Of a DNA stretch of 64,000 bases, positions 46,842-56,644 are shown piece by piece. The stretch spans positions 96,001 to 160,000 of the forward strand of contig JAGMCR010000003.1 of NCBI GenBank assembly GCA_023129115.1. The letters are read 5' to 3'. Within the stretch, counting starts at the first letter, position 1. Each line of letters begins with the position of its first letter. This DNA comes from Candidatus Iainarchaeum sp. (lineage in GTDB: Archaea > B1Sed10-29 > WALL01). The translations under genes were made by a program, and so were the position numbers. The notes beneath the pieces are model-generated. The model searched no databases, was not told the origin of the DNA, and worked only from the letters and a program-made list of their open reading frames with translations.

Positions 46842-47135
46842 ATGCAGTCGCAAGTAGCAATTAGTGGGTTCAAGCCAGAAAAAGTCCTGCGTTATCCGCG
46901 CCTGGACACTATCTTGATGGTGGAAGAGTTCATACAAAAGCATAGTGGTGACTATTCAAAAAAGCAGGTGTGGGAGAGGCTGCCCCGCAAGACAATGTAC
47001 CAGACCTTCTGTACTATCATTGATTACCTTGAGTACTCCAACAAGATAATTTTTGACAGAGAAAAAAAGCTGGTGTGGATATGGGACCCGGAGGGAGTGA
47101 GGAAGCTCTTGAGCAAGGGACTGATTGTGAAATGA
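46842..47135 (+). CDS. Putative antitoxin / wHTH protein
   Basis: 97 aa, stop overlaps ATG of the RelE-like gene. Confidence 0.6.
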   Translation: MQSQVAISGFKPEKVLRYPRLDTILMVEEFIQKHSGDYSKKQVWERLPRKTMYQTFCTIIDYLEYSNKIIFDREKKLVWIWDPEGVRKLLSKGLIVK

Positions 47136-47476
47136 CTAGAGATATCCACGTTGGTTTCATTGACGAGAGATTGAAGAAGGCGTTTGACAAGCTCGAGAAA
47201 GGCAAGTTCGAGGACAAGGAGTTATACCAGTTTATCGACAGGGCAATGGACGACCTCAAGGCAAATCCTGCTTGCGGAATACAGATTCCAAGCAAGCTCA
47301 TCCCAAAGGAATACATCAAGAAATACAAAATCAATAACCTGTGGAAGTATGACTTGCCGAACGCGTGGCGCCTCCTCTACTCAATAAAAGCGAACGAAGT
47401 GCTCATAGTCAGTGTTGTCATAGAATGGCTCCGCCACAAAGACTACGAAAAAAGGTTCAAATACAAGAAAAAGTAG
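47132..47476 (+). CDS. RelE/YoeB-like toxin
   Basis: LWKYDLPNAWRLLYSI...HKDYE pattern. Confidence 0.75.
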   Translation: MTRDIHVGFIDERLKKAFDKLEKGKFEDKELYQFIDRAMDDLKANPACGIQIPSKLIPKEYIKKYKINNLWKYDLPNAWRLLYSIKANEVLIVSVVIEWLRHKDYEKRFKYKKK

Positions 47477-47676
47477 CAACTCATTTGTTTTCCGCAGAAA
47501 TTTCCTAGGAAATCCACGGTGATTCCGCGGAATTTGGGGCGCGACGAGAGTGCTCTTCGTTCATCACCAAAGTTTCGATGGTGCAGGCTCTACTACCGTA
47601 GGGCCAGAGCCCCGGGAGGGAATCAAACCCAATCAATTTTTACTCGTTTCTTCCGCCTTTCTCGTTCTTATGGAAT

Positions 47677-49434
47677 TCAGCGGACAGTCACTGCCTTTGC
47701 CAAGTGCTTTGGTTTGTCCGGGTCGCATCCCCTGAGCTTTGCCAGGTAATACGAAAAGAGCTGGACTGGGATTATGTCGACAATCGCGTTGCCGTCGCCG
47801 ACGTCCGGCACCTTGATGTGGCAGTCAAAGGTCTCGTTGTTTTCTGGTGAGACCCCAATTATGTACGCACCGCGTGCCTTGAGCTCCATCGCGTTGCTCA
47901 ATATATCCGCCTTTGTTTCATCGCTTGGAGAAAAAACAAGGCAAGGCATCCCGTCATAAACAAGGGCTATGCTCCCGTGCTTCGCTTCCCCGCCACAGAA
48001 CCCGAGGCAGTTCACGTAAGCGACTTCCTTTACCTTCAGCGCCGCCTCCAACGCAGTGGGGTAGCTCACCCCCCGGCCAATGGAAAACATGTGCTCTTCC
48101 TTGTGAAGCTTTGATGCCAGCTCAACAATCTTTATCCTCGACTCCGCCGAAGTCAATTCCTCGGCAGCCTCCGCCGCTTTTCTGACAAGCTCTTTTCCTT
48201 CCTTGAGCTTGCCAACGCAGGCATAGGCAAGCATCGTCAGCAATGCGACCTGGGAGGTATATGTTTTCGTGGAAAGCACTCCAATCTCGGGGCCCGAGTT
48301 CATGAGTAGGCAAGAGTGTGATGCACGCATCAGCGAAGAGCCCATCACGTTCACGATTGAAAGAATCTTTGTCCCCTTTTTCTTCGCAGTCTTTACAGCC
48401 GCCATCACGTCCGCTGTCTCGCCGCTCTGGCTGATTGGAATCATCAAAGTCCTTTCAGTCAAAAAGTCTTCGTAGTAAGGGAATTCACTGGCGTAAACAA
48501 CGTTGATGTGCTTCTTTGTAATCTTCGAAAAGATGTACGACGCAGTCAGCGCTGCATGATACGAGGAGCCGCACGCCACAAAAAACACTCCAAACGCATT
48601 ATTTATCTGGTCCGCGATATCCATCAATGTTTTGTCTTCATGGGCCACAGCCCGCAATAGGGAATCTTTTTGTTCACTAATCTCCTTGATCATATAGTGC
48701 TCAAACTCTCCCTTGCTGGCCTGCTCCGCGTCCCACTCGACTTCAGTGGCTTCCTTCTCAATTTCCTTCCCGGTCACCACGTCATAGAACTCGGCGCCAT
48801 TGTTCAGCACAGCCATTTCTTCGTCGCCAAGAAAAACAACTTTTTTGGTGTGGTCTATGAACGCGGGGACGTCGCTGGCGAGGAAGCACTCCCCGTCGCC
48901 GATTCCAACAACGAGCGGCGAGTCCTTCCTCGCGCCTATGACCTCGTCTTCGTCTGCTTTTATCGCCACAATGGCGTACGAACCCCTCAGGTGCTCAATT
49001 GCCTTGAGGACGGATTCCCTGAACGGGTGTGCCTTTGCGTAGTCTTCGATGAGGTGAGCAATAACTTCCGTATCTGTATCAGAACTAAACAAGTGCCCCT
49101 TGGACATCAAGTACTTCCGCAGCTCCTGGTAATTCTCAATAATCCCATTGTGCACCACTGCAATGTTCCCGTCACAAGAAAGGTGCGGGTGCGCGTTGCG
49201 CTCGCTTACTCCGCCGTGCGTGGCCCAGCGCGAGTGGCCGATTGCAGTGTGCGTCTCCGGGAGCTTTCCCTCGAACTCCCCGAGCTTCTCGGCCCTCTTC
49301 AAGCTGAAGAGCCCTCTGTCTTTTTTCGCGGCGATTCCCCACGAGTCGTAGCCCCTGTACTCGAGCCGCTTGAGCCCAGTAAAGATTATTTCAGAAGCAT
49401 TCTCTGGGCCCTTGTAGCCGATGATTCCGCACAT
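47677..49434 (-). CDS. glmS: Glutamine--fructose-6-phosphate transaminase
   Basis: MCGIIG, LEYRGYDSWG, HSRWATHG, SQSGETAD, PKHLAKAVTV. Confidence 0.96.
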   Translation of the reverse strand: MCGIIGYKGPENASEIIFTGLKRLEYRGYDSWGIAAKKDRGLFSLKRAEKLGEFEGKLPETHTAIGHSRWATHGGVSERNAHPHLSCDGNIAVVHNGIIENYQELRKYLMSKGHLFSSDTDTEVIAHLIEDYAKAHPFRESVLKAIEHLRGSYAIVAIKADEDEVIGARKDSPLVVGIGDGECFLASDVPAFIDHTKKVVFLGDEEMAVLNNGAEFYDVVTGKEIEKEATEVEWDAEQASKGEFEHYMIKEISEQKDSLLRAVAHEDKTLMDIADQINNAFGVFFVACGSSYHAALTASYIFSKITKKHINVVYASEFPYYEDFLTERTLMIPISQSGETADVMAAVKTAKKKGTKILSIVNVMGSSLMRASHSCLLMNSGPEIGVLSTKTYTSQVALLTMLAYACVGKLKEGKELVRKAAEAAEELTSAESRIKIVELASKLHKEEHMFSIGRGVSYPTALEAALKVKEVAYVNCLGFCGGEAKHGSIALVYDGMPCLVFSPSDETKADILSNAMELKARGAYIIGVSPENNETFDCHIKVPDVGDGNAIVDIIPVQLFSYYLAKLRGCDPDKPKHLAKAVTVR

Positions 49435-49575
49435 AGGGGAACTCTTTTGCCCAGATCCATTTATAAATGACCATTAAAACCCCCGTTTTAGCCAACGGCT
49501 TTTTTACCATGAATAACCTAAAAACCGCCCAATAAACCCAAATATTTATATTTAACCATTATAACAACTATTTTA

Positions 49576-50433
49576 ATGGTCTTGCTGAGCAAGAAGGCGG
49601 GTGGGATGCAGGCGCGGCTTGTATCCCCGACAGAGCTGAAGCTCCTCCTCGAGCCGACGCGCTGGCGAATCCTGAAGCTCCTCACCGCCGGCCCGAACTA
49701 CGCGAGCGCGGTGGCCCGCGAGCTCGGCCTGAACGAGCAATTGGTCCACTACCACTTCAACCAGCTCAAGAAATCGGGCGTAATCTCTGTCGTCCGGACC
49801 GAGGAAAAGCGCGGCGCCTTGACGCGCTTCTTCGGCGTGAAGGACCACGCGTTCGCCGTGCTGCTGCGCGAGGAGTGGGAGGAGGCCCCTGTACCCAAAG
49901 TCCTAAAGGGCTTTTACACCAAGGGCGCTTTCGACGGCAAAATCGTTGTTGGCTCACCTGACCCGCACGGCCCATTCCAGGCGCGGGCCAGGGACGGCTT
50001 CTACGCGGCCGACCTCGCGCTTTACCTTGGCTCCTTGTCCTCGTCCGCAAAGCCGTGTGTGCGGTTGGACACAGAAGTGCGCGACGACGAATTAAAGGGC
50101 AACGTCGTGCTTGTCGGCGGCCCCATAGTCAACTTAATCACGGCCAGAATCAACGACTCCCTGCCCATCCGCATCGCGACTGGCGAGCGGCACAGCGTCT
50201 ATTCCGAAAAGACTGGCAAGCACTATTACGAGAGCTCCGGCTTTGTCCTCCGCACAAAGAGCCCGTGGGGCAAAGGGGAATTGCTGGTCGTCGCGGGCAA
50301 GAGCATTGCCGGCACAAAGGCCGCCATTTTGTCAATCGTCCAGTCGGCCGAACTCCTCACTGGCAGCAATGTGGTTAAGGGCGTTGACTTGGACGGCGAC
50401 GGCGTGGTCGACGCCGCCGAGATTCTGGAGTGA
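49576..50433 (+). CDS. ArsR-type HTH fused to S-layer-like C-terminal domain
   Basis: ASAVARELGLNEQLVHYHF; IVVGSPDPHGP; NVVLVGGPIVN; DLDGDG tail. Confidence 0.75.
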   Translation: MVLLSKKAGGMQARLVSPTELKLLLEPTRWRILKLLTAGPNYASAVARELGLNEQLVHYHFNQLKKSGVISVVRTEEKRGALTRFFGVKDHAFAVLLREEWEEAPVPKVLKGFYTKGAFDGKIVVGSPDPHGPFQARARDGFYAADLALYLGSLSSSAKPCVRLDTEVRDDELKGNVVLVGGPIVNLITARINDSLPIRIATGERHSVYSEKTGKHYYESSGFVLRTKSPWGKGELLVVAGKSIAGTKAAILSIVQSAELLTGSNVVKGVDLDGDGVVDAAEILE

Positions 50434-50434
50434 A

Positions 50435-50827
50435 CTATTCGCGCTTCAGCCCAAGCCTTTCTATAAGGCCGGGGTGGAGTACGAGGAATCTGGTGACTGG
50501 CTGGCTGTAGTGCTTGAGCATTGTCTCGCCTTCTTTCCACATGGCTACTTCTTTGCTGATTAGAAATTCGTGGCAGGCTTTTCCGATGCTTGGCCGCACG
50601 GCGCCCCCTTGGCTGAGTGTTCGCGAGACGTCGGCTATTGCGGCGCGGACACTCCCCAGCTCTTTTGCCTTAAGCTCTTCTGGCTGGCCCTCGTATTTTT
50701 GGTTCACGTAGTCCTCGGCGTCCCGCCCCTTGAGTCTGCTGAAAAAAGCAGCCAATTTTTTCTTGCTCTCTGGGGCAAATTCAATGGCTGGCTTTTCAAT
50801 GGGGTGGGGGCTCTTTTCCCTTGGCAC
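50435..50827 (-). CDS. Hypothetical protein
   Basis: 130-aa ORF starting MPREKS, GGAG RBS. Confidence 0.55.
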   Translation of the reverse strand: MPREKSPHPIEKPAIEFAPESKKKLAAFFSRLKGRDAEDYVNQKYEGQPEELKAKELGSVRAAIADVSRTLSQGGAVRPSIGKACHEFLISKEVAMWKEGETMLKHYSQPVTRFLVLHPGLIERLGLKRE

Positions 50828-50831
50828 TCCA

Positions 50832-51056
50832 TCACTCCTTTGGCTTCAGCGCCCTTACCATCAGGTCCTTGAGGAGCTTCAGCACGAGCAGGAGCACGAA
50901 CAAGTACAGCGGGTACCACAAGTGCGGCTGGCTGTGGTACTGCGCCCCGTACCATACGCCAATAGTAAAGATTGCAAGCATTATCCCAATAACTGTGGTC
51001 GCTATGTCTTCAATGGAGTCCATGATGTCGTTCACAATGGTTTTGACTATTGCCAT
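50832..51056 (-). CDS. Small membrane protein
   Basis: Two TM helices; GGTGAGG RBS. Confidence 0.65.
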   Translation of the reverse strand: MAIVKTIVNDIMDSIEDIATTVIGIMLAIFTIGVWYGAQYHSQPHLWYPLYLFVLLLVLKLLKDLMVRALKPKE

Positions 51057-51139
51057 TTCCTCACCATAGTATTATTGCATTATGGGGTTTAAATCAGTTT
51101 CCAAAACCCTTATATACAAACCTAGCCTACTATTGGCTT

Positions 51140-51403
51140 ATGGACGGCTTGGCGGCAAGCGTTTTCGCCATAACCAGCGCTGGCCTGATGGGCTACTCAT
51201 TCGCGCTGCTGCTGGTTGTGAGGAAAAAGCAGGAGGGCAAGAAGAGGAAAACCATAGCGAACATGCTCCCGCTTTTCTCGATGCTCTTCATGCTCTACTT
51301 CGCGCTCGAGAGCTTTGCCTACGCCAAGGAAATCCTCGGCACCATTGGCATGATGCTCATGTTCTACATGGGGTACAAAGAGCTCGCGGAGGCGAGGAAG
51401 TGA
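51140..51403 (+). CDS. Small membrane protein
   Basis: Three hydrophobic segments from ATG 51140. Confidence 0.6.
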   Translation: MDGLAASVFAITSAGLMGYSFALLLVVRKKQEGKKRKTIANMLPLFSMLFMLYFALESFAYAKEILGTIGMMLMFYMGYKELAEARK

Positions 51404-51669
51404 TTCTGTTCCTCCTCGTGCTCGAGTTCTGCCTCGCGATGGCGGTGGTCATACTCTTCCTATACATTTCGTCGCTCGAGGGCAAGGAGTTCCTGGACTG
51501 GCTCATCATAGTGATGGTGTTCTTCGCCATAATAAAGCTGGCCAGCGTCTTTATGGTAATCCACGGCATGGGCGGGTCCGGCGACGTAATTGCCACGCTC
51601 GACCTTGGCTTCGCCACGGCGTTTACTGCCTTCGTCTTCCTTAGGTCAAGGGAAGTCGGTCTGGTATGA
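51400..51669 (+). CDS. Small membrane protein
   Basis: GTG start overlapping prior stop; three TM helices; stop overlaps next ATG. Confidence 0.6.
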   Translation: MILFLLVLEFCLAMAVVILFLYISSLEGKEFLDWLIIVMVFFAIIKLASVFMVIHGMGGSGDVIATLDLGFATAFTAFVFLRSREVGLV

Positions 51670-52160
51670 TTGTCGTCACCGGCGTCCCGGGCACAGGCAA
51701 GACCGCTGTCGCCCGCCTTTTGTCGAAGCGCCTTTCCCTTGCCTTAATCGAGGTCAACTCACTGGTCCGCAAGAAAAAGCTTCACACCGGCAGGGAAAAT
51801 GGCTCGCTCGTCGTGGACATGAAAAAGCTTGCCACAGAACTCCGCGGCTTCGACGGCATCGTGGAAGGCCACGTCCTCTGCGAACTAAAACTCCCAGCGA
51901 CCGCCGTGGTCCTCCGCACCTCCCCCCGCGCCCTGAAGCGCCGCCTCGCCCCCCGCCGCTATTCCAGGCAAAAGCTGTCCGACAATGTCGAGGCCGAGGC
52001 CCTGGACTACTGCGCCATCAACGCGAAACAGAACTACAAGAAAATGATACAGGTAAACACAACTGGCTTGACCGCCCGGCAGTCAACAGCAAAAGTAATC
52101 CATTACTTGAAAACACGCCAGTCGGATTCAGTGGACTGGAGCAGCTATTTCTTGGAGTAG
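51666..52160 (+). CDS. Adenylate kinase, AK6/Fap7 type
   Basis: TGVPGTGKT, IVEGH, RL..RRYS..K..DNVEAE. Confidence 0.87.
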   Translation: MIVVTGVPGTGKTAVARLLSKRLSLALIEVNSLVRKKKLHTGRENGSLVVDMKKLATELRGFDGIVEGHVLCELKLPATAVVLRTSPRALKRRLAPRRYSRQKLSDNVEAEALDYCAINAKQNYKKMIQVNTTGLTARQSTAKVIHYLKTRQSDSVDWSSYFLE

Positions 52161-52865
52161 CTATTTCTTCTTCTTTTTTCTTTTGCTCAGTGTTCCCACT
52201 TTTATAATGCCCATTTCCTTTCCCGCCCGCAGGAACCGCTGGGACATTGTCATCTTGATTTTCGCTTTCTTTCCACCGGCGCCCGTCTCCAAAATGCTCT
52301 TCTCCTTCGCCATAGCCGCCTGGTCTTTCTCCATAATCGTCTTCCTCGCCTGCGCCCACGCCTGCTTGACAACTTCCCACCGCTGGTTCTTGTCGAGGAG
52401 GTGCACGAATTCGCTCGGCTTCTCCACAAGCTTTTTCTTTTTGCCTTTCACGTCGGGGTGGCCCTCCAGCTCCTCCACAACCAGGTCTGAAAACGCCTTT
52501 GCCACCACTATGTGGGCAATGTCATGGGCGATGGCGGCGTCTATCATGTAGCGGAGCTCGTCCTCGCCGCTGGCGCTTTCCCTCAGCCGCTCCACGACTT
52601 GCATGTAGAGCTTCATCTGCTCTTCTGGCGTTAGCAGGTGCGTGAACCGGTGGGCCTCTTTGTCAAGCTTTTCCTGTGTCACTCCGGCTTCCTCAAGCTT
52701 TGGGTGGCCCCCCAGCTCTTCTTTGGCCACCTCGGCAGTAACTTTCGGCACGAGAGCGTTCCACTTCATGACCCCCAGTAGGTCAAACGTCTTGCCCCCC
52801 ATGTCAGCCGGCTTTGGCAACTCCCTCCGCTTGGGCTCTTCTTTTTTAGCTTTCTTTCCAGCCAT
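52161..52865 (-). CDS. Lys-rich hypothetical protein
   Basis: 234-aa helical ORF with basic termini. Confidence 0.65.
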   Translation of the reverse strand: MAGKKAKKEEPKRRELPKPADMGGKTFDLLGVMKWNALVPKVTAEVAKEELGGHPKLEEAGVTQEKLDKEAHRFTHLLTPEEQMKLYMQVVERLRESASGEDELRYMIDAAIAHDIAHIVVAKAFSDLVVEELEGHPDVKGKKKKLVEKPSEFVHLLDKNQRWEVVKQAWAQARKTIMEKDQAAMAKEKSILETGAGGKKAKIKMTMSQRFLRAGKEMGIIKVGTLSKRKKKKK

Positions 52866-52899
52866 GGCGCACTAATTTTGCACTCCGGCAAATAAAAGC

Positions 52900-55800
52900 C
52901 TACCGCGCCAGCCGAATCGCCCTCTGCACCTTGGTCTCCATCTTCTTCTTTTTCCTTAGCTGCCACACCAGGGCAACAACCGCGACTGGCGCCAGAAAGA
53001 GCACGGAGTTCTCCATGGTGACAAGCCCAGTCGCCGGGCCCTTTCCCTCGTGCTCCAGTGCATGTGTCGCGTACGCGTACGCCTGGTTTACATATCCCGC
53101 CTCAAGGCTCTGCCTCGCCAGCCCCGCATAGTGCCCGTCACCGCCCTCAAGCGCGGCCTCGACCAGCACTTCTGCCGCAGCCCTCGCCGAAGCAATTTCT
53201 TCCCGCACCGACTCAGCCAGCGCATTATAGCTCTCGTTCACTTCCGCGGGGTAGATGCCTTCCCTGTCAAGTGCCCCCAAGCCCTTCATCCCGCCGAGCT
53301 TCTTCACGCCCCTCGCCCGCTCGGCCAGAACATTCTTGAGCCCGTCCGCGACTTCTTCCAAGTAGTCCCCCCCAATCACGAACACCGGGTCGTCAAGCTC
53401 CACGCTGGTGTCACCTGCCCGCTCAAGCTCGGCCACGAACTTCGGCTCACTTGGTATCTCCGGGAACACAACAGTCGCGGCGAGCGAGTCTGCTTCTCTC
53501 TCTGCCTCCTCCACCATTTCCAGCAGCATCTGCTCTGAGTTCGCGAACATCAGGTAGTCGTCTTCCACCCCAGGAAACCTCTCCTCCAGCGCCGTGACGG
53601 CAGGCGACCCCAGCCCGAACTTTGCCAAGAGCTTGGCCGTGTTCTTCAGCCCAGTGACTTTTTCACTCATCTCGCCATACCGGGTGGCCAGCGCGTTGGC
53701 GGCGTCGGCCTTCGCCTTTTCCAGCTCCACTATCGCACCCATGGTGTCGCTGGGGAGCCACGGCAGCCCAAACCCCCTCTCCAGGAGCCAGGCCTCAAGC
53801 GCATTCTTCTGGTGCTCGAGCGCGAGCCGCCCGAGCCGCTCCTGCTTTTCCTTTTCCTGCTGCAGGAGCGCGGCCTCCACGTCGCCGAGCAGCTTGCCGC
53901 CGCGGCTTAGCACTTCGGAAGCGCTCTTTTCCAGCAGGGACTCATACCTCTTCACCAAGCCATCTTTGACAATCCCGCCATCGAGCCTGTCCAGCCCGCC
54001 CTTGATTTTCCTCAGCAGCTCTTCGCTGTCCTCGCCAAGGTCCAAATAACTGATGTCGACTGTGGAATACCCCGGGCAGCCGGCGCCGGTTATCAGCACG
54101 CCTACAACCCCGGCGTTTTCCGCGTGGCCGTTGCTCGCCGAAACCGTGTCTCCCTGCGACATCGGCCGCGGGAGCACGATGTTGATGTCCTGCCTGCTCC
54201 TGCAGTTGAGCGTAAGCACGTACCTGCACGTGACTTTGGTGCCGTCGCCCTCGCACGCGGGCCCTGCCACCTCCATGGAGGGCACGGCATCGAACTCTAC
54301 TTCGAAGCTATGGTTTCCGGGGCTGTCGACCGCCAGCTCAATCCCGCCGGGCACAAGCCCCGCCCCCGGGGTGAAGACCTCAAGGGCGCCTTCCACGTCG
54401 AACTCCACGACCGCCATTCCGACGCCAACTGACTCTATTTCCCGTGAGGCAACACGCGTCTCCCTGTCCGGGTAAATCCACCCTATCAGTTCCTCGGTCC
54501 CGCCGCACCGCATGGGCGTCTCCACCCTGGTGAAGGAGTCCACGCGCTCTTCGTGGGGCGCGAGCACTGCGCCGTTCCACTCTATCTCGAACCCATACGG
54601 GTTCACCACGGTTTGCCGGTAGTGGACTGTCGCCGCCTGGTTGCACCTGGCCTCCGGCGCCTCCCTTTCTGTCAGCACAACGACTAGCTGCTCCGGGGAA
54701 AGCGCTTCCAGCGCTTTCTCCCCGACATCGCGGTAAAGCTCCGAGGCCTCGGCCAAGTGCCCTAAGGCCTCGAGGCCAATTGTCCCGGAGTAATACCCCT
54801 CCATGCGCCCCATCCTGCCGGCTAGCCCCCCGGCCCCACCGACTTCCTCGAGCATTGCCATAAGCCTCTTTGCCTCCACGCGCTCGTCGGCGAGCGCCGG
54901 GAAGAACTTCTTGGCCTTTGCCCAGATGCTCTCCTGCGCGTGGACTGCTGTCCAGTACGCTTTTTCGAGGAGCACGGCCTTGCTCTCGAGCAGCCAGTCG
55001 CCGCCTGCATAGCCCCTGGCCTTTTTGAGCTCGATTTTTTCTTCTTCCACGCTGAAGTCGGCGGCGGCCTTCTGTATCATAATTTCGAGCCTCTCGATTT
55101 CCGCGAGGGCGAGCTCCGGCCTTTCGTTGTCGCTTGCCTTGATGAACCGCAGCTCCCGTATTGCTTCAACATATTGCCCTATGTCGCCGTCGGCCGACTG
55201 GCACTTCTTCAATGCCTCTTCCACCTTGGCGGCTGAGAACAGCCCGTCCTCGAGCGACTTCTGCCGGGCCTGCTCTGCCTCGCTATCGCACAGCCTCTCT
55301 AGGTCGCGCGCCATCTCCCCAAGCACTTCGGTGCCGTGCCCGGCAAGGCCTGCGCCGTGTGTTGCCTCGGCTGCGGCCTGCCTCTTCCGTATTGTGGAGA
55401 GCGCGAGGTAGTTGTCCTGCTTCATCATGTTGATGGAGCTTGCCTCGGCCGTGAGCGCGTCGACGATTGCCTTGCTCTCCTTTGCGGCGGCCAACAGGTC
55501 GCTCGGCTTCTGCGGGATTTTCCCGAGCACTTCCTCGACCGCGGCGTAGTTGACTTCGCCGGCCCTGGCCTTTTCCAGCTTTTCTATTTCTTCCTCGAGC
55601 CGCTTGGCGCTGTCGGCGCGCTTCTTTTCTGCGTCTGCGTGCTCGTTGTTCATGAGCGCCGTGGCCTCCCTAATCCGCTTGTTGGCCTTCAGCACCTCGC
55701 GTATCCCGGAATTCCAGTCGCCCGCGCCGATTAAGTTGTTGTATGGCTTGTGGTATTGTGTGGCCAGGGCGGACGGCGTGATTTCGAGGCAGTCCATGAG

Positions 55801-56562
55801 CCCGCCAACCATCATTACGGGCAACAGCACGAGCCCCCTGCCCATGACTGTGGCAGTGAGATAGTCGTCCAGCCCGGGGAGCTGGCTGGTGTCGCACTTC
55901 GTTACGGTCTTTCCGTCCACTTTTATGGACGCGTAGCCATCGAGCCCGCTCTTGAATTTGCTGTAGCGGCCGCCCGGCTTCTCGTACTCGGAAACGAATT
56001 CGGTGTACGCGTCGAACGGCTCGCCGCCGTATTCGGACAAGTCCCCGCCAAGCCTCCCGAGCTCCCGCAGGCTTGCCTCGGCCTCCTTCAGCGCAGCGAT
56101 TCCCGCCTGGCTTGCCTTGGCATTGCCTTTCGCGAGCTCGCCGGTCAGCTGCCCGACGAGCGACACGCATTTTGCAGGGTCCCAGGGGCAGGCGGCCTGT
56201 GCCTCGGCGTAGTGCGCCTTCGCGTCATTGATTGTGGTCCATGCGTCTTCTGTGTACTCCTCCGGCTTCTTGCCCCCGGTCTCTATCCCGCTGAAGTAGT
56301 TGTGCCTGCTTGCCCCCGGCACTATCGCGGAGTCGTAGAGCGCGGTGGTGTGGAACTGGTTGATGTTAATCACCCCGTCCACTGCCTGGATTGTGTCGCC
56401 CAGCATGGAAAAGGCGTCGCCGATGAATCCCCCGATTTCCCTCAAGAGGTATGCGCTGCCGACGGCTTTTTCAAGAGTTTCCCCGAACTCTGCCTCGGCA
56501 CAAAAAACGCCGGGCAGGAGCACGGCTAGTATCACTATTGCGTATAGCTTCCTTCTCCCCAT
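52900..56562 (-). CDS. Large (1220 aa) secreted coiled-coil protein with C-terminal membrane anchor
   Basis: Signal peptide; long helical regions flanking a beta-rich Cys-containing centre; TM then RKKKK. Confidence 0.75.
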   Translation of the reverse strand: MGRRKLYAIVILAVLLPGVFCAEAEFGETLEKAVGSAYLLREIGGFIGDAFSMLGDTIQAVDGVININQFHTTALYDSAIVPGASRHNYFSGIETGGKKPEEYTEDAWTTINDAKAHYAEAQAACPWDPAKCVSLVGQLTGELAKGNAKASQAGIAALKEAEASLRELGRLGGDLSEYGGEPFDAYTEFVSEYEKPGGRYSKFKSGLDGYASIKVDGKTVTKCDTSQLPGLDDYLTATVMGRGLVLLPVMMVGGLMDCLEITPSALATQYHKPYNNLIGAGDWNSGIREVLKANKRIREATALMNNEHADAEKKRADSAKRLEEEIEKLEKARAGEVNYAAVEEVLGKIPQKPSDLLAAAKESKAIVDALTAEASSINMMKQDNYLALSTIRKRQAAAEATHGAGLAGHGTEVLGEMARDLERLCDSEAEQARQKSLEDGLFSAAKVEEALKKCQSADGDIGQYVEAIRELRFIKASDNERPELALAEIERLEIMIQKAAADFSVEEEKIELKKARGYAGGDWLLESKAVLLEKAYWTAVHAQESIWAKAKKFFPALADERVEAKRLMAMLEEVGGAGGLAGRMGRMEGYYSGTIGLEALGHLAEASELYRDVGEKALEALSPEQLVVVLTEREAPEARCNQAATVHYRQTVVNPYGFEIEWNGAVLAPHEERVDSFTRVETPMRCGGTEELIGWIYPDRETRVASREIESVGVGMAVVEFDVEGALEVFTPGAGLVPGGIELAVDSPGNHSFEVEFDAVPSMEVAGPACEGDGTKVTCRYVLTLNCRSRQDINIVLPRPMSQGDTVSASNGHAENAGVVGVLITGAGCPGYSTVDISYLDLGEDSEELLRKIKGGLDRLDGGIVKDGLVKRYESLLEKSASEVLSRGGKLLGDVEAALLQQEKEKQERLGRLALEHQKNALEAWLLERGFGLPWLPSDTMGAIVELEKAKADAANALATRYGEMSEKVTGLKNTAKLLAKFGLGSPAVTALEERFPGVEDDYLMFANSEQMLLEMVEEAEREADSLAATVVFPEIPSEPKFVAELERAGDTSVELDDPVFVIGGDYLEEVADGLKNVLAERARGVKKLGGMKGLGALDREGIYPAEVNESYNALAESVREEIASARAAAEVLVEAALEGGDGHYAGLARQSLEAGYVNQAYAYATHALEHEGKGPATGLVTMENSVLFLAPVAVVALVWQLRKKKKMETKVQRAIRLAR

Positions 56563-56644
56563 AGTACTCTCCCCGCACTAGTTATGTCCCTTGTCCCATA
56601 AAAGCCTTGCGATTATTTATACCCGGCGAACAGAACGTTATGCA

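Noticed and set aside
47560-47635. tRNA-like T-arm fragment (GGGTTTGATTCCC on minus strand), SRP-like or glmS-ribozyme-like sequence
   Set aside because: No full cloverleaf or SRP core; lies 3' of glmS rather than 5'
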